DNA from: a candidate division TA06 bacterium 32_111
GTDB taxonomy: Bacteria; Hydrothermota; 32-111
Direction: 5' to 3'
NCBI GenBank assembly: GCA_001508335.1
Contig: LGFX01000004.1
Location: forward strand, 75,654 to 139,653
DNA: 64,000 nt
Position 1 is the stretch's first letter; every line of letters begins with the position of its first letter. Of this stretch, positions 10,079-19,828 are shown in pieces. A program made the translations under genes and the position numbers. The notes beneath the pieces were generated by a model. The model was given only the letters and a program-made list of their open reading frames with translations, was not told the DNA's origin and did no database searches.

Positions 10079-10947
10079 TTAACAAAAAGAAAATCAGCAA
10101 TAGTTGGATCAAAAGTTGAATCGTCAACAACCGCTATTGTTAAGATCCTTTTTTCAGGCAAAAATTGCTGGAGTTGTGGATATATTCCAAGGTAATAATT
10201 AGAATGGAACTCACCACAGAGATGAAAAACTTTATAACCTTTATTTCTGTTTACAAAATCTCTTATAGAACCAGCCATAGTTGCATCTTTAAAAAGTTGG
10301 GAGATGTAAGCGTTATCTTTGTTAAGGTTAGCCATAGGTGATGATTGCATCATTGAAGAGAAAAAGTCAAAAAATCTCTCCTTATAACTTTTCAGATCAA
10401 CAGCAGGCTCAAAAAATAGATCTTTTATGTTTTCAATCTTATATAGAGAGTCCTTTCCAGATTTTGAAATTATGGAAGCGAATTTCCTTGGAATGTTTGA
10501 AGCGATAACAGGTAAGCCTTTCTCTTTTGCTAAAAGGAGTAAAGGTCTATAATCTGTATAATAGTTGTTCCATGGTCTTGAGTTATTCAAAAATTTCTGC
10601 TCATCTATCTTATCTGAGAGGAAAGAATCCAACAAAGATTGAACATCCCTCTCAAACATTTCCAGAGATAATGCCGTTCTTTCATTTTTGTTAACGAATT
10701 CCTTGAAGGTGATAAGTTCAAGTTGATGAGTTAAAGAATCGTCATGTCTTTCACCAAAAAGTACTATGTCATAAGTAGATATTTTTTCTATAAATTCTGT
10801 GAATTTTATTTCCTTTAAAGAAGATGTTTCAACGATCTTAATATCTTTCATAACATTAATATTAACATTTTTGGTGCAAGATGAAAAGATTATTAAAAAG
10901 ATGATAATCTGAAAGAAAATTTTTTTCATAAAAAAATTGTAATGCAT
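10075..10947 (-). CDS. ChaN-family (DUF399, haem-binding/Tiki-like) lipoprotein
   Basis: Signal peptide with lipobox (FSSC). ...VLFGERHDDSLTHQLELI...LSLEMFERDVQ... matches the ChaN/DUF399 GE.HD...H...LEMF pattern. Translationally overlapped with the downstream methyltransferase gene. Confidence 0.5.
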   Translation of the reverse strand: MHYNFFMKKIFFQIIIFLIIFSSCTKNVNINVMKDIKIVETSSLKEIKFTEFIEKISTYDIVLFGERHDDSLTHQLELITFKEFVNKNERTALSLEMFERDVQSLLDSFLSDKIDEQKFLNNSRPWNNYYTDYRPLLLLAKEKGLPVIASNIPRKFASIISKSGKDSLYKIENIKDLFFEPAVDLKSYKERFFDFFSSMMQSSPMANLNKDNAYISQLFKDATMAGSIRDFVNRNKGYKVFHLCGEFHSNYYLGIYPQLQQFLPEKRILTIAVVDDSTFDPTIADFLFVK

Positions 10948-11007
10948 TAAAAAGTTGAAGTCAAGTTGTCAGGTTGAAAGGAATTTTTAAGAAAAAAGAT
11001 AAGGGTA

Positions 11008-11055
11008 TTGACAAAATTTGACTTTTTGACTATTATACTATAAAAGTCAAAAAGT
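11008..11055 (+). promoter_or_regulatory. Candidate sigma70 promoter with an overlapping TetR-type operator
   Basis: Putative -35 TTGACA (11008-11013), a 17-nt spacer, and -10 TATTAT (11031-11036). A perfect 11-bp inverted repeat, ACTTTTTGACT (11021-11031) and AGTCAAAAAGT (11045-11055), flanks or overlaps the -10. TTGAC half-sites recur three times. SD aaaggag at 11063-11069 precedes the tetR ATG at 11073. Confidence 0.5.
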
Positions 11056-11072
11056 AAAAAAAAGGAGAAACT

Positions 11073-11681
11073 ATGACAAAGGGAAAAAATGTTAAAGAGG
11101 AGATCCTTGAAAAAGCAAATTTAATATTTGCTAAATATGGTTACGAGAAAACAACTATGGATGACATCGCAAAGGCTGTTGGAAAAAAGAAGGGAGCACT
11201 ATATTACTATTTTAAGACGAAAGAGGAGGTTTTTACTGATGTCATAGAAAGGGAAATAATCTATTTGAAAAACAAACTTTTTCTTTCAACATCACATAAA
11301 AAAAATACACGGGATAAATTGTATTCCTATGTTTTAACAAGATACAAACTGATTAACAGTGTTGCAAGTTTTTATAGAACTTTTAAGGAGGACTATCTTA
11401 AACAGTTTGAGTTCATTCAGAAGATTAGAAAAAGGTTCGATATAGAAGAGGAAAAGTTTATAGAGGAACTTCTTGAGGAGGGAGTTAAAAAGGGCGAATT
11501 AAAAAATATAGATGTTTCTTTAACAGCAGAGTCTTTCGTTATAGCTATGAAGGGGTTTGAATACAGGTGGACAGCAGATGTAGATTACGATTATGTTGAA
11601 AAAGTCATAAGATCAATGTTGGATATTTTCTTTTATGGTATCTCAAAGGGGAAAAGGGATGGAAAGAATAGTAAAAAATAA
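11073..11681 (+). CDS. TetR/AcrR-family transcriptional regulator
   Basis: N-terminal HTH ...KTTMDDIAKAVGKKKGALYYYFKTKEE is typical of TetR. About 200 aa. Sits directly upstream of an MMPL transporter. Confidence 0.85.
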   Translation: MTKGKNVKEEILEKANLIFAKYGYEKTTMDDIAKAVGKKKGALYYYFKTKEEVFTDVIEREIIYLKNKLFLSTSHKKNTRDKLYSYVLTRYKLINSVASFYRTFKEDYLKQFEFIQKIRKRFDIEEEKFIEELLEEGVKKGELKNIDVSLTAESFVIAMKGFEYRWTADVDYDYVEKVIRSMLDIFFYGISKGKRDGKNSKK

Positions 11682-13863
11682 CAAATTAGTAATTTTAACA
11701 ACTTTAATTTTTACTCTCACCATGGGCTTTTTTACTTTAAAAATAAAAATAAATCCAGATGTGACAGATTACCTTCCTGAAAGTGATACCGTTGTTAAAA
11801 ATTTTAATAAGATTGGAAGGGATTATGGCGGAAGTTTAACAGGTTTTTTGGTATATGAAAGCGACAAAATATTTGATGAAAGATCCCTTTTAGAGGTTAA
11901 AAGACTGAGTGAAGAGATGGAGAAGGTTGAAGGGATAAATCTTGTAAGTTCCATAAGCAATTTAGTTGATATAAAAAGCAAGGATGATGATATCAGAATC
12001 GAAAAGGTTATCTCTTTTGATTCATTGAAGGATGAAAAGTATCTTTCAGAAAAGGAAAAATTCTTTAAAAGTGATAATTTTTATAAAGGCAAATTTCTGT
12101 CTGAGGATGGCAAGAAAAGTTTAATAATACTTTTTTTTGATGATGACTGTGACCAACAGAAAGTTTGCGCTGAGATTAAAAATATAGTAAAGAAAAGTGA
12201 ATTGAAAGGAAAAATTTACTATGGAGGATTACCTTTTCTTTTTGAAGAGATTGGAACACTCATAGTCAAAGATTTAACCAAATTGCTTGTTCCATGCATT
12301 CTCATAATGGTGATAATTCTTTCTATAAGTTTTAAGAGTGTAGAAGGAGTTTTAATACCTTTATTCAATTCGTTAATTTCTATAATAAGTGTAGCAGGGA
12401 TAATGTCCATTCTAAAAGTAAAGGTAACTATCATCTCTAACATAATTCCAATAATACTCCTTGCTGTTGGTAGTGCTTATTCTATACATTTTATCAGTAA
12501 AGTTTATGAGTTAGAAAGTGAAGGTAAAAATAGAAAAGAGGCTATTGAAGAGAGCCTAAAGGTGATTTTTTTACCTATATCCCTTGCAGCTTTAACGACA
12601 TTTATCGGATTTATATCTTTCGTTGGAGGATCATATCTTGTAATGATAAGGGAGTTTGGAATTTTTACAGCTGTTGGTGTGCTCGTTTCATTTTTCCTAT
12701 CCGTTACATTCACTCCGTCTCTGATGATTATAACAAAGAAAAGTAGAAGTGTTGTTAATTCGGAAAAAGAAAATGATAGATTTGTAGAAATTGTTGATAA
12801 AATTATAAAATACAAAAAAATGTTGGTTACACTATCGGTTACACTTTCCATTGTATCTTTAATCTTCTTACCAAAAATTTCAAGAAGTGCGGACATAATA
12901 GAATATTTTAAAAGGGGTTCAGAATTCAGGAAATCTAACGATATTATAGAAAAAGATTTTAATGGATCATCAAGATTCTTGATAATTGCAGGTGGAAATA
13001 TGAACTCCGTAAAAAATCTAAAAAAGGTAGAAGAAGTTGAAACCTTTATAAAGGATTCTTTGGGACTAAATAATACAAACTCAATAATTCAGGTAATCAA
13101 AAGAACAAATAAAATAATAGAGGGAAAAGAACAACTTCCAGAAAACGATGAAAAACTTTCAAACCTTTATTTTCTTATAGAGGGAGAAAAGAGTTTGGAT
13201 AGACTTATAAAACCTGATAAAAGTGAAACGGTTTTGGAAGTTTCATTTCAAGATGGTCTATCTCTTGAAAGGGTAAGAAAATTGCAGGAAAAAATTGAAG
13301 AAAAAGTGAAGATGGTTAATGGTGATTTGAATTTTAGTATAACAGGCATGCCATCTGTATATATCAGGCTTGATAAGTCTATATTAAAATCAACAATTGT
13401 TTCAACTTTTCTATCTTTGGGACTCATCTTTATCCTTCTATCCTTTATTTTCAGATCTTTGATAAAAGGTGTTAAAGGAATATTACCAATTTTTTTCACA
13501 ATAATTATGGTTTATGGAATAATGTCTTTAACTCGTATATCTTTAGATATAGCAACCAATTTGATAGGCTCGATAGCGATAGGGATCGGAATAGATTATT
13601 CCATCCATTATCTTTTAAGACTAAATTCAGAGTTGAAAAATAATAAGGATTTTAATGTTGCGACGAAGAATACACTTTTAACAACAGGTAGAGCAATTCT
13701 TACGAACGTTTTTACTGTATCGGCAGGTTTCGCAGTTTTAATATTTTCAGAACTGAAACCTCTTTCAAACTTTGGATTTCTTATAATGCTTACAATGTTA
13801 CTCGCAGGCTTTTCCACTATAGTTATTTTTTCAGTTTCAATAACAAAAAAGGAGAGAAAATGA
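11659..13863 (+). CDS. MMPL/RND-superfamily (SSD) exporter, 12-TM. The probable start is ATG 11659; the ORF track begins at 11635.
   Basis: Two 6-TM blocks separated by large periplasmic loops. GxSxxIHF/SIHY sterol-sensing/RND motifs (GSAYSIHFISK, GIDYSIHYLLR). RBS aaagggga precedes 11659. Confidence 0.8.
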   Translation: MERIVKNNKLVILTTLIFTLTMGFFTLKIKINPDVTDYLPESDTVVKNFNKIGRDYGGSLTGFLVYESDKIFDERSLLEVKRLSEEMEKVEGINLVSSISNLVDIKSKDDDIRIEKVISFDSLKDEKYLSEKEKFFKSDNFYKGKFLSEDGKKSLIILFFDDDCDQQKVCAEIKNIVKKSELKGKIYYGGLPFLFEEIGTLIVKDLTKLLVPCILIMVIILSISFKSVEGVLIPLFNSLISIISVAGIMSILKVKVTIISNIIPIILLAVGSAYSIHFISKVYELESEGKNRKEAIEESLKVIFLPISLAALTTFIGFISFVGGSYLVMIREFGIFTAVGVLVSFFLSVTFTPSLMIITKKSRSVVNSEKENDRFVEIVDKIIKYKKMLVTLSVTLSIVSLIFLPKISRSADIIEYFKRGSEFRKSNDIIEKDFNGSSRFLIIAGGNMNSVKNLKKVEEVETFIKDSLGLNNTNSIIQVIKRTNKIIEGKEQLPENDEKLSNLYFLIEGEKSLDRLIKPDKSETVLEVSFQDGLSLERVRKLQEKIEEKVKMVNGDLNFSITGMPSVYIRLDKSILKSTIVSTFLSLGLIFILLSFIFRSLIKGVKGILPIFFTIIMVYGIMSLTRISLDIATNLIGSIAIGIGIDYSIHYLLRLNSELKNNKDFNVATKNTLLTTGRAILTNVFTVSAGFAVLIFSELKPLSNFGFLIMLTMLLAGFSTIVIFSVSITKKERK

Positions 13864-14591
13864 AAAAAATAATATTTCTACTTTTATCTTCAATTTTGAC
13901 ACTTTTTTTATTTTCGGAAGATCTAAAACCGGAAAATATTCTTGAAAAGGTTGATAGTATAACGAACGCCCCAAAAGACCAAAAAATTTTTATGACAATA
14001 ACACTTGTTGACAGGAGTGGAGAAAAATCTGTAAGAAAGATAATTATGTTTCAGAAGGGTAAAGATAAAAGGGTTGGTAAATTCATCTACCCTAGCGATA
14101 AGAAAGGGATAGGATTTTTATCTCTGCCACCAAATGTGATGCACATTTATCTGCCAGCATACAAAAAGATAAAAAATATAACTTCCCAATCAAAGAACGG
14201 CTCTTTCTCCGGAACAGATTTTACCTATGAGGATATGGAGATGACAACTTTCTCAAAAGATTACACCTGCAAGATGCTTTCACAAAATGATTCGTTCTAT
14301 AATTTAGAAGTAGTTCCCAAAAAGGAAAAAAACAGTTTTTATGAAAAACTCATTTTAAGTGTTGATAAAAAATATTTCATACCTACAAGGATCCAATTTT
14401 ATGAAAAGGGGAAAAACACGAAAGTTCTTGAAAGAGAATCGATTGAAAGGGTAAAAGATTACTATATTGCAAAAGTGATGGTTATGAAAAATCTTCAAAC
14501 AGGGCATCAAACTATAATGACCTATGACAGTATTTTCTTTGATACTAACCTGCCAGACGATATTTTTACGGACAGATTTTTAAAGGAGTAA
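13860..14591 (+). CDS. Outer-membrane lipoprotein-sorting (LolA-like) protein associated with the MMPL transporter
   Basis: Signal peptide. Size (243 aa) and position fit the LolA-like partners of MMPL exporters. Motif-level support is weak. Confidence 0.4.
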   Translation: MKKIIFLLLSSILTLFLFSEDLKPENILEKVDSITNAPKDQKIFMTITLVDRSGEKSVRKIIMFQKGKDKRVGKFIYPSDKKGIGFLSLPPNVMHIYLPAYKKIKNITSQSKNGSFSGTDFTYEDMEMTTFSKDYTCKMLSQNDSFYNLEVVPKKEKNSFYEKLILSVDKKYFIPTRIQFYEKGKNTKVLERESIERVKDYYIAKVMVMKNLQTGHQTIMTYDSIFFDTNLPDDIFTDRFLKE

Positions 14592-14596
14592 ATTCT

Positions 14597-15895
14597 ATGA
14601 AAAAATTTTATTCATTAATAACCTTTTTACTATTTTTTTTAAATCTCTTTCCTTCAGATTTTTATGGAGAGATTGAGAATAGTATGAGAATAAATTTTTT
14701 GCAGGGTTATAGTTTTTATGACTATTCATTGCTTGATCTGAAATATGATAGATGGATGGGTGATAGAATTAAATTTTACCTTGATGTGCAGGTGCAAACC
14801 GATCTCCTAACATTATTGAAAAGAACGGAAGATCTATCCTTTGCGGACAATTTTTACAACAGTGATTTCAGAATCTACGAGACATCTCTATTTTTGAAAA
14901 GATTTCCTTTCGATTTTGTAGATCTTACTTTTGGAAAAACTTACTATAATCCGGGAAAAGGTTTTATTGTATCACCTGTGGATATAATAAACCCAGACGA
15001 TCTTTCAGATCCTTTAAAAATGGATAGAAAGTTAACAAAAGGGTTGTTCATAGTTGAAATGTATTCAAAGATTTTCAACCTAAATATAATCTACTCTCCA
15101 TTTTTTACACCAACACTTTTACCTTCAGGATATATAGATTACAGTGAGTATCTTGGAGGGGTTAATGTAAAAGATAGTTTGATTTTTCCAGAAGATATTG
15201 CAAAATCAAGTGAACTCTTCCTTTTTATGATAAAAGATTTTAACAACCTGCAGACATCCTTTTTCTATGGATATTCAAGAAGCAGAACTCCTCTGGCAAA
15301 AAATGTAAAAATAATTATGAATAGTTCATTTTCAGCTATTGCCGATTTACAGTTGTGGTTTCCAAGAGTTCATAATTTTGGTTTTACTTTCAGTACCGTT
15401 TTAAAAGATTTTGGAATATGGGGTGATCTATGCGGAAATTTCGTATCTGAAAAGAATTTCAAAATCGATATGTCAGATATTGGTAGAGGAACAGTTGATA
15501 CTTTCAACTTTAAAGAGAAGTTCTTCTTTAATTTTCTTGCAGGAATAGATTATACACTATTTTCAAATTACTACATGACTTTTCAATATGTTCACGGAAT
15601 GCGAGGGGTATATGGAGAGGAAAATATAAACGACTATTTCTTTTTTGGTTCGAGGATTAATCTGCTGGGTGGAAAAATAGTGTTTGAACCTTTGAATTTT
15701 GCATACGAAATTGTTAACTGGAAAAATCTTAAAAATGAAGGTGGATTGCTTTTAAATCCTAAAATCACATTTGATTTTATAGATAATTTTTCTTTTGGAG
15801 TCTCCTTTTACTATATTAAAGCAACAAAAAATTCATATTTTGATAAGATTGATAAAAAAGATTGTGTTGAGTTTACAACAAAAATATTTTTCTAA
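14597..15895 (+). CDS. Outer-membrane beta-barrel protein (DUF1302-like?), part of the MMPL cluster
   Basis: Signal peptide. Aromatic/Gly-rich alternating segments. C-terminal ...TKIFF ending is typical of outer-membrane barrels. Confidence 0.4.
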   Translation: MKKFYSLITFLLFFLNLFPSDFYGEIENSMRINFLQGYSFYDYSLLDLKYDRWMGDRIKFYLDVQVQTDLLTLLKRTEDLSFADNFYNSDFRIYETSLFLKRFPFDFVDLTFGKTYYNPGKGFIVSPVDIINPDDLSDPLKMDRKLTKGLFIVEMYSKIFNLNIIYSPFFTPTLLPSGYIDYSEYLGGVNVKDSLIFPEDIAKSSELFLFMIKDFNNLQTSFFYGYSRSRTPLAKNVKIIMNSSFSAIADLQLWFPRVHNFGFTFSTVLKDFGIWGDLCGNFVSEKNFKIDMSDIGRGTVDTFNFKEKFFFNFLAGIDYTLFSNYYMTFQYVHGMRGVYGEENINDYFFFGSRINLLGGKIVFEPLNFAYEIVNWKNLKNEGGLLLNPKITFDFIDNFSFGVSFYYIKATKNSYFDKIDKKDCVEFTTKIFF

Positions 15896-16629
15896 TGAAA
15901 AGATTTTTAACAATCTGTTTTGCTATAATAATTTTTCATCAATTTTTATTTAGTGTTGAACAGTTGCTGAAGGAAAAAGAACTTTTTGAGGATGAAAAAC
16001 TCTTTAAACAAAAAATAGAAGAAAAACTTAAATTTATTTCCGATGGAAATGAAGGAGTTTTCGAAGATGAAAATATTTTACTTGAATATATTCTGCTTAA
16101 AGATACATATTTAAAATTTTTTGAAAAGAAAAGTGAGGTTAAGAAAAAAGAATACAAAAAACTTTTGGACGAAATCGAAGGGAGAAGGGAGGAAACTAAA
16201 AATCCTCTTCTATCATACTGTTTAGCGATTCTTTATGGAAGATATGGTGAACTTTTATCAATAATGGATGCAGTTAAGATGGATATTCCCAATAAAATAA
16301 AAGATTGTGCGGAAGATGTTATAAAAAGAAGGGAGGAGATAGATGATTACGGAGCGTATCTTATTCTTGGAAGATTATATGGGGTAACACCAAAAATTCC
16401 TTTCTACACAGGTTGGCAATCTTTTGAAGTTTCAGAATACTATCTTAAAAAGTATATTGAAAAAAATAAAAATTCGGTTACAGGAAAATTTTTTCTTGCG
16501 GAAACATATAGAGCAATGAAAAAAACAAGCCTTTATGATAGTATTATTGAAGATATATTAAAAAATGGCGATTTTGAAACTTTTCAGGATAAGAAGATTC
16601 TCGATTCTCTAAAAAAAAGTAAAGAATAG
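15895..16629 (+). CDS. Hypothetical secreted helical protein
   Basis: Signal peptide. Charged helical repeats. No catalytic motif. TAG stop. Confidence 0.4.
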   Translation: MKRFLTICFAIIIFHQFLFSVEQLLKEKELFEDEKLFKQKIEEKLKFISDGNEGVFEDENILLEYILLKDTYLKFFEKKSEVKKKEYKKLLDEIEGRREETKNPLLSYCLAILYGRYGELLSIMDAVKMDIPNKIKDCAEDVIKRREEIDDYGAYLILGRLYGVTPKIPFYTGWQSFEVSEYYLKKYIEKNKNSVTGKFFLAETYRAMKKTSLYDSIIEDILKNGDFETFQDKKILDSLKKSKE

Positions 16630-16667
16630 ACACTTTACTTTTTCAAAAAAACTTTTAAAATATTCGT

Positions 16668-17693
16668 ATGGGTGGGGTTTTCTCTAAAAAAACTTTTTTA
16701 ACTTTAATATTTTTTCTTCTCTACCTTCAAACCTTTTCTGCAACATTTCTATCTTCAGATCTAAATTTCTGTAACGACTTTGAAGATCTTCTGGCTTTGA
16801 GTAGAGAAAAATCATATGACTATATTACATTTGGTTGTTCGAACAGGTTTTTCATTAAAAATTTGAACAATTTTTACTCTTTCTCGAATTTTAATTTTAA
16901 AAATTTTTCTTCAGGTCATCTTTTAATTGCTGATTTAAATGATATTTTCAAAAGTTATACTCTATCTTTTAAACTTTCATACAACTATAGAAATGTTAAA
17001 GTTGGAGTTGCGCCGTATACGAATTTTATAAAATTTTCTGATGGTATGAATAAGTTTTCTAATGGAATAATAGTTTCAGCAATGATAATGGATGAGAGTT
17101 TCTACATTTTACCCTCATACATTTTAAAAAAAAAGCAGAATAGTTCTTCTCTTATTTTAGGATATTGCAAGAATGGTTACGATATTCAATTCCAAACAAG
17201 TTATGGGAATGGCTTTGTTTTTACAGGAAGGGTTATCTATGATTTATATGGGAATGTAAAGTTGAATTTTTCCATAGATAGTGAAAAAAGAATATTCTTC
17301 GGTTTGAAGTTTGTTAAATTTCCATATTTTCTTGAGTACACCACTTTCATTCATCCATATCTTTCAAATTCAAACGATATAAGATTTTCAATTTTTAAAG
17401 AAAACAGATATTATGATTTACCATATATAAAAATAAACAGAGTGCATTTTGATATACCTTTAAAAATTAAAAAAATAAAAGGTTTTTATAGAAGGGAAAA
17501 AATTGATTTGAATAAGGCATTCTATGAAGAGATACTTTCAATAGAAGGTTTGACTAAAACTGCTCTTAGAAGAATATATATTTTTAGGTTGATTAATGGT
17601 AAAATAAATTCTTATGATCAACTTGAAAAACTACATGGTATAGGTAAAAAAAGTATTGAAAAGTTGAAAGAACAAACATTTATTGGAGAGTAA
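16668..17693 (+). CDS. Secreted protein with a C-terminal helix-hairpin-helix (ComEA-like) DNA-binding domain
   Basis: Signal peptide. C-terminal ...LSIEGLTKTALRRI...YDQLEKLHGIGKKSIEKLKE is a typical ComEA HhH pair. The N-terminal ~260 aa are beta-rich and unassigned. Confidence 0.5.
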   Translation: MGGVFSKKTFLTLIFFLLYLQTFSATFLSSDLNFCNDFEDLLALSREKSYDYITFGCSNRFFIKNLNNFYSFSNFNFKNFSSGHLLIADLNDIFKSYTLSFKLSYNYRNVKVGVAPYTNFIKFSDGMNKFSNGIIVSAMIMDESFYILPSYILKKKQNSSSLILGYCKNGYDIQFQTSYGNGFVFTGRVIYDLYGNVKLNFSIDSEKRIFFGLKFVKFPYFLEYTTFIHPYLSNSNDIRFSIFKENRYYDLPYIKINRVHFDIPLKIKKIKGFYRREKIDLNKAFYEEILSIEGLTKTALRRIYIFRLINGKINSYDQLEKLHGIGKKSIEKLKEQTFIGE

Positions 17694-18237
17694 AATGGAA
17701 AAGACAAAAGAATCAAAATTGATCTATTCTGGAAGGATATTGAATTTGATAAAGGATAGGGTTGAACTACCTTCAGGAAGAGAGAGTACAAGAGAGGTGG
17801 TTATCCATAGGGGGTCTGTTGCGATAATCCCTTTCGATGAAAAGACAGATACTATATTTTTTGTGAAACAGTACAGGTATCCATTCAAAAAGGAGATGAT
17901 AGAGATTCCGGCAGGAACACTTGAAGAGGGAGAGGATCCATTCGAGGCTGCTAATAGGGAGTTAAGCGAAGAGATAGGATTCTTTTCGAAAGATCTTAAA
18001 AAGTTGAAAAGTATAGCATCCTCCCCCGGTTTTTTAAACGAAGTTCTGCATATATTCCTGGCAAAAAATCTTGTTGTAAAAAAGAAAGAAAAAGATTTCG
18101 ATGAAAATATTCAGATAATAAAAGTGAAAAGAAAAGAGATAAAAAATTTTTTATTGAAAGAGGATATTGTTGATGGAAAAACACTTGCAGCTTTCCTTTT
18201 GTGGGAATTTTTTGATAATGGTGAAAAAATATTTTAG
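17683..18237 (+). CDS. NUDIX hydrolase (ADP-ribose pyrophosphatase-like)
   Basis: Canonical Nudix box GTLEEGEDPFEAANRELSEEIGF (Gx5Ex7REUxEExGU). Confidence 0.8.
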   Translation: MESKMEKTKESKLIYSGRILNLIKDRVELPSGRESTREVVIHRGSVAIIPFDEKTDTIFFVKQYRYPFKKEMIEIPAGTLEEGEDPFEAANRELSEEIGFFSKDLKKLKSIASSPGFLNEVLHIFLAKNLVVKKKEKDFDENIQIIKVKRKEIKNFLLKEDIVDGKTLAAFLLWEFFDNGEKIF

Positions 18238-19786
18238 TTTCATTTTTATCTTGATTTTTGCTTTTACATTTTTGATAGGAGAGGAAGAGGAGGTTTTTGA
18301 GACATCAGAATTCGTTGATTCACTCGATTTTCTTCTTCAGGATCTTAACGAATTTTTAACAGAGAACGAAAAGGAACAACTTAAGAATCTTTATCTTTCA
18401 AAAGATAAGATAACTTATAGAAACATTTTCGAGATTACAGGAAACCAGATTGTTTCATCGGTTCTGGAAAAAAATTTTAATAGAAAAAAAAAGTTTTTAA
18501 AAATCGAGGGAGGTTTTAACCTTGATTCACTTTTTTCCATAAAGAATAAAAATTTTTTTAAAACAACAGGTAGGTTTAATGGGATTGATTTTTTTCTATT
18601 AACTGAGAAGGATTTTGATGAAAAAAAGTTTTATGATAATTTTAAATTAGGTGTGTCGTATCAAAGTTTTATGTTCGGAAATTTTACTATTAAAACTGGA
18701 AGAGGACTCTTTTCCAACCCGAACACTTTTCAAAAAAGTTTGAACAGAGTTTTTTTTTCAAACAGGTTGGAACTCGATGATTCCTATAATGAGTACCCAT
18801 CATTCTTTGGATTAACAAAAATCTTTACCTTTAAAAAATTTATCATAACTCCTTTCTTGAGCAACGTTTATTATGATTGTTCTCTTGACAGTTTAGGCAA
18901 CGTAAAAAAAGTCCTAACTTACAATATCCATAAGGATTCACTTTCAATTTCAAGAAATAATAACCTAAAAGAAATTATTTTGGGAATGCTTTTAAGCAGC
19001 AAGAGTGAGTTTTTAAATTTTGCAACATATTTTGCTGACTATTCAAAAGATATGAATATGATATGTTCCGATAAGAATTTTGTTTTTTCCGCTTTTGGGA
19101 ATATCTCATACCTATCTTATGATGTTGCCTTTTCACTTCCCAATAAGGGATACTCTATTTCAACATCTTTAAAAAAATCTACAAGCGATTTTACAACTTT
19201 ATCAGGTTTTACAATGAATAGAAAGTTTTTTAATCTTCATTCAAATATTTTAGATGAGAAGGATTTTTATGGATTCTTTTTCGATTTTTCGAAAAAAAGG
19301 GGAGTGAAATTTGATAACAGAACAGATTTTTTAGAAGGCGACTACAGAGATTTTAAAAATTCAACAACTTTTACTTTTTTCAATTTTTTAAAATCAACTT
19401 TTACTTATAACTTCCTTGAGAAAGAAAAAAGTTCTATGAAAATGGAGTTCTTTAAGAATTACAAGGAAATTTTATCTTTAAAGTTAACTTACTTTTTGAA
19501 TTATAATAATTCTTCTTATCAAAAGGTAGATCTTTTCTTCGGGAATAAAAATTTTAAAATTTCAACCTTTCTCTATACATATAAAATTATCGAAAGTGAT
19601 TATTTGTCCATATTCGAATACTCCTTTACAAACTATTACCCACTGAAAGTATACAGAAGTGGAGATGGTTTAGTTTATGGATTAAATGTATCCATAAAAG
19701 GTAGGATTAAAACAGATTTAGGACTTGTAAAAAATAGCAAAGATTTTTACAGATTCTACATACTTTTTTCCTGCTTTTTACTCTAA
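18215..19786 (+). CDS. Hypothetical secreted/outer-membrane protein. The probable start is ATG 18215; the ORF track begins at 18167 inside the NUDIX gene.
   Basis: Signal peptide MVKKYFSFIFILIFAFTFLIG. Phe/Tyr/Asn-rich beta-strand-like repeats. No motif assigned. Confidence 0.4.
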   Translation: MMVKKYFSFIFILIFAFTFLIGEEEEVFETSEFVDSLDFLLQDLNEFLTENEKEQLKNLYLSKDKITYRNIFEITGNQIVSSVLEKNFNRKKKFLKIEGGFNLDSLFSIKNKNFFKTTGRFNGIDFFLLTEKDFDEKKFYDNFKLGVSYQSFMFGNFTIKTGRGLFSNPNTFQKSLNRVFFSNRLELDDSYNEYPSFFGLTKIFTFKKFIITPFLSNVYYDCSLDSLGNVKKVLTYNIHKDSLSISRNNNLKEIILGMLLSSKSEFLNFATYFADYSKDMNMICSDKNFVFSAFGNISYLSYDVAFSLPNKGYSISTSLKKSTSDFTTLSGFTMNRKFFNLHSNILDEKDFYGFFFDFSKKRGVKFDNRTDFLEGDYRDFKNSTTFTFFNFLKSTFTYNFLEKEKSSMKMEFFKNYKEILSLKLTYFLNYNNSSYQKVDLFFGNKNFKISTFLYTYKIIESDYLSIFEYSFTNYYPLKVYRSGDGLVYGLNVSIKGRIKTDLGLVKNSKDFYRFYILFSCFLL

Positions 19787-19828
19787 CTCTTACTTGACAA
19801 ATGTTTAACTCAAGGTATATTTTAAAGA

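Noticed and set aside
19794-19821. Possible leaderless-type promoter (TTGACA-16-TATATT) ending 7 nt before the ATG at 19829; a similar case sits before cdd at about 23499-23527
   Set aside because: The motif is plausible. In a ~30% GC genome, TTGACA/TATAAT-like hexamers occur frequently by chance. Spacing to the start codon would imply leaderless translation, which I cannot support from sequence alone, so it is not reported as a feature.
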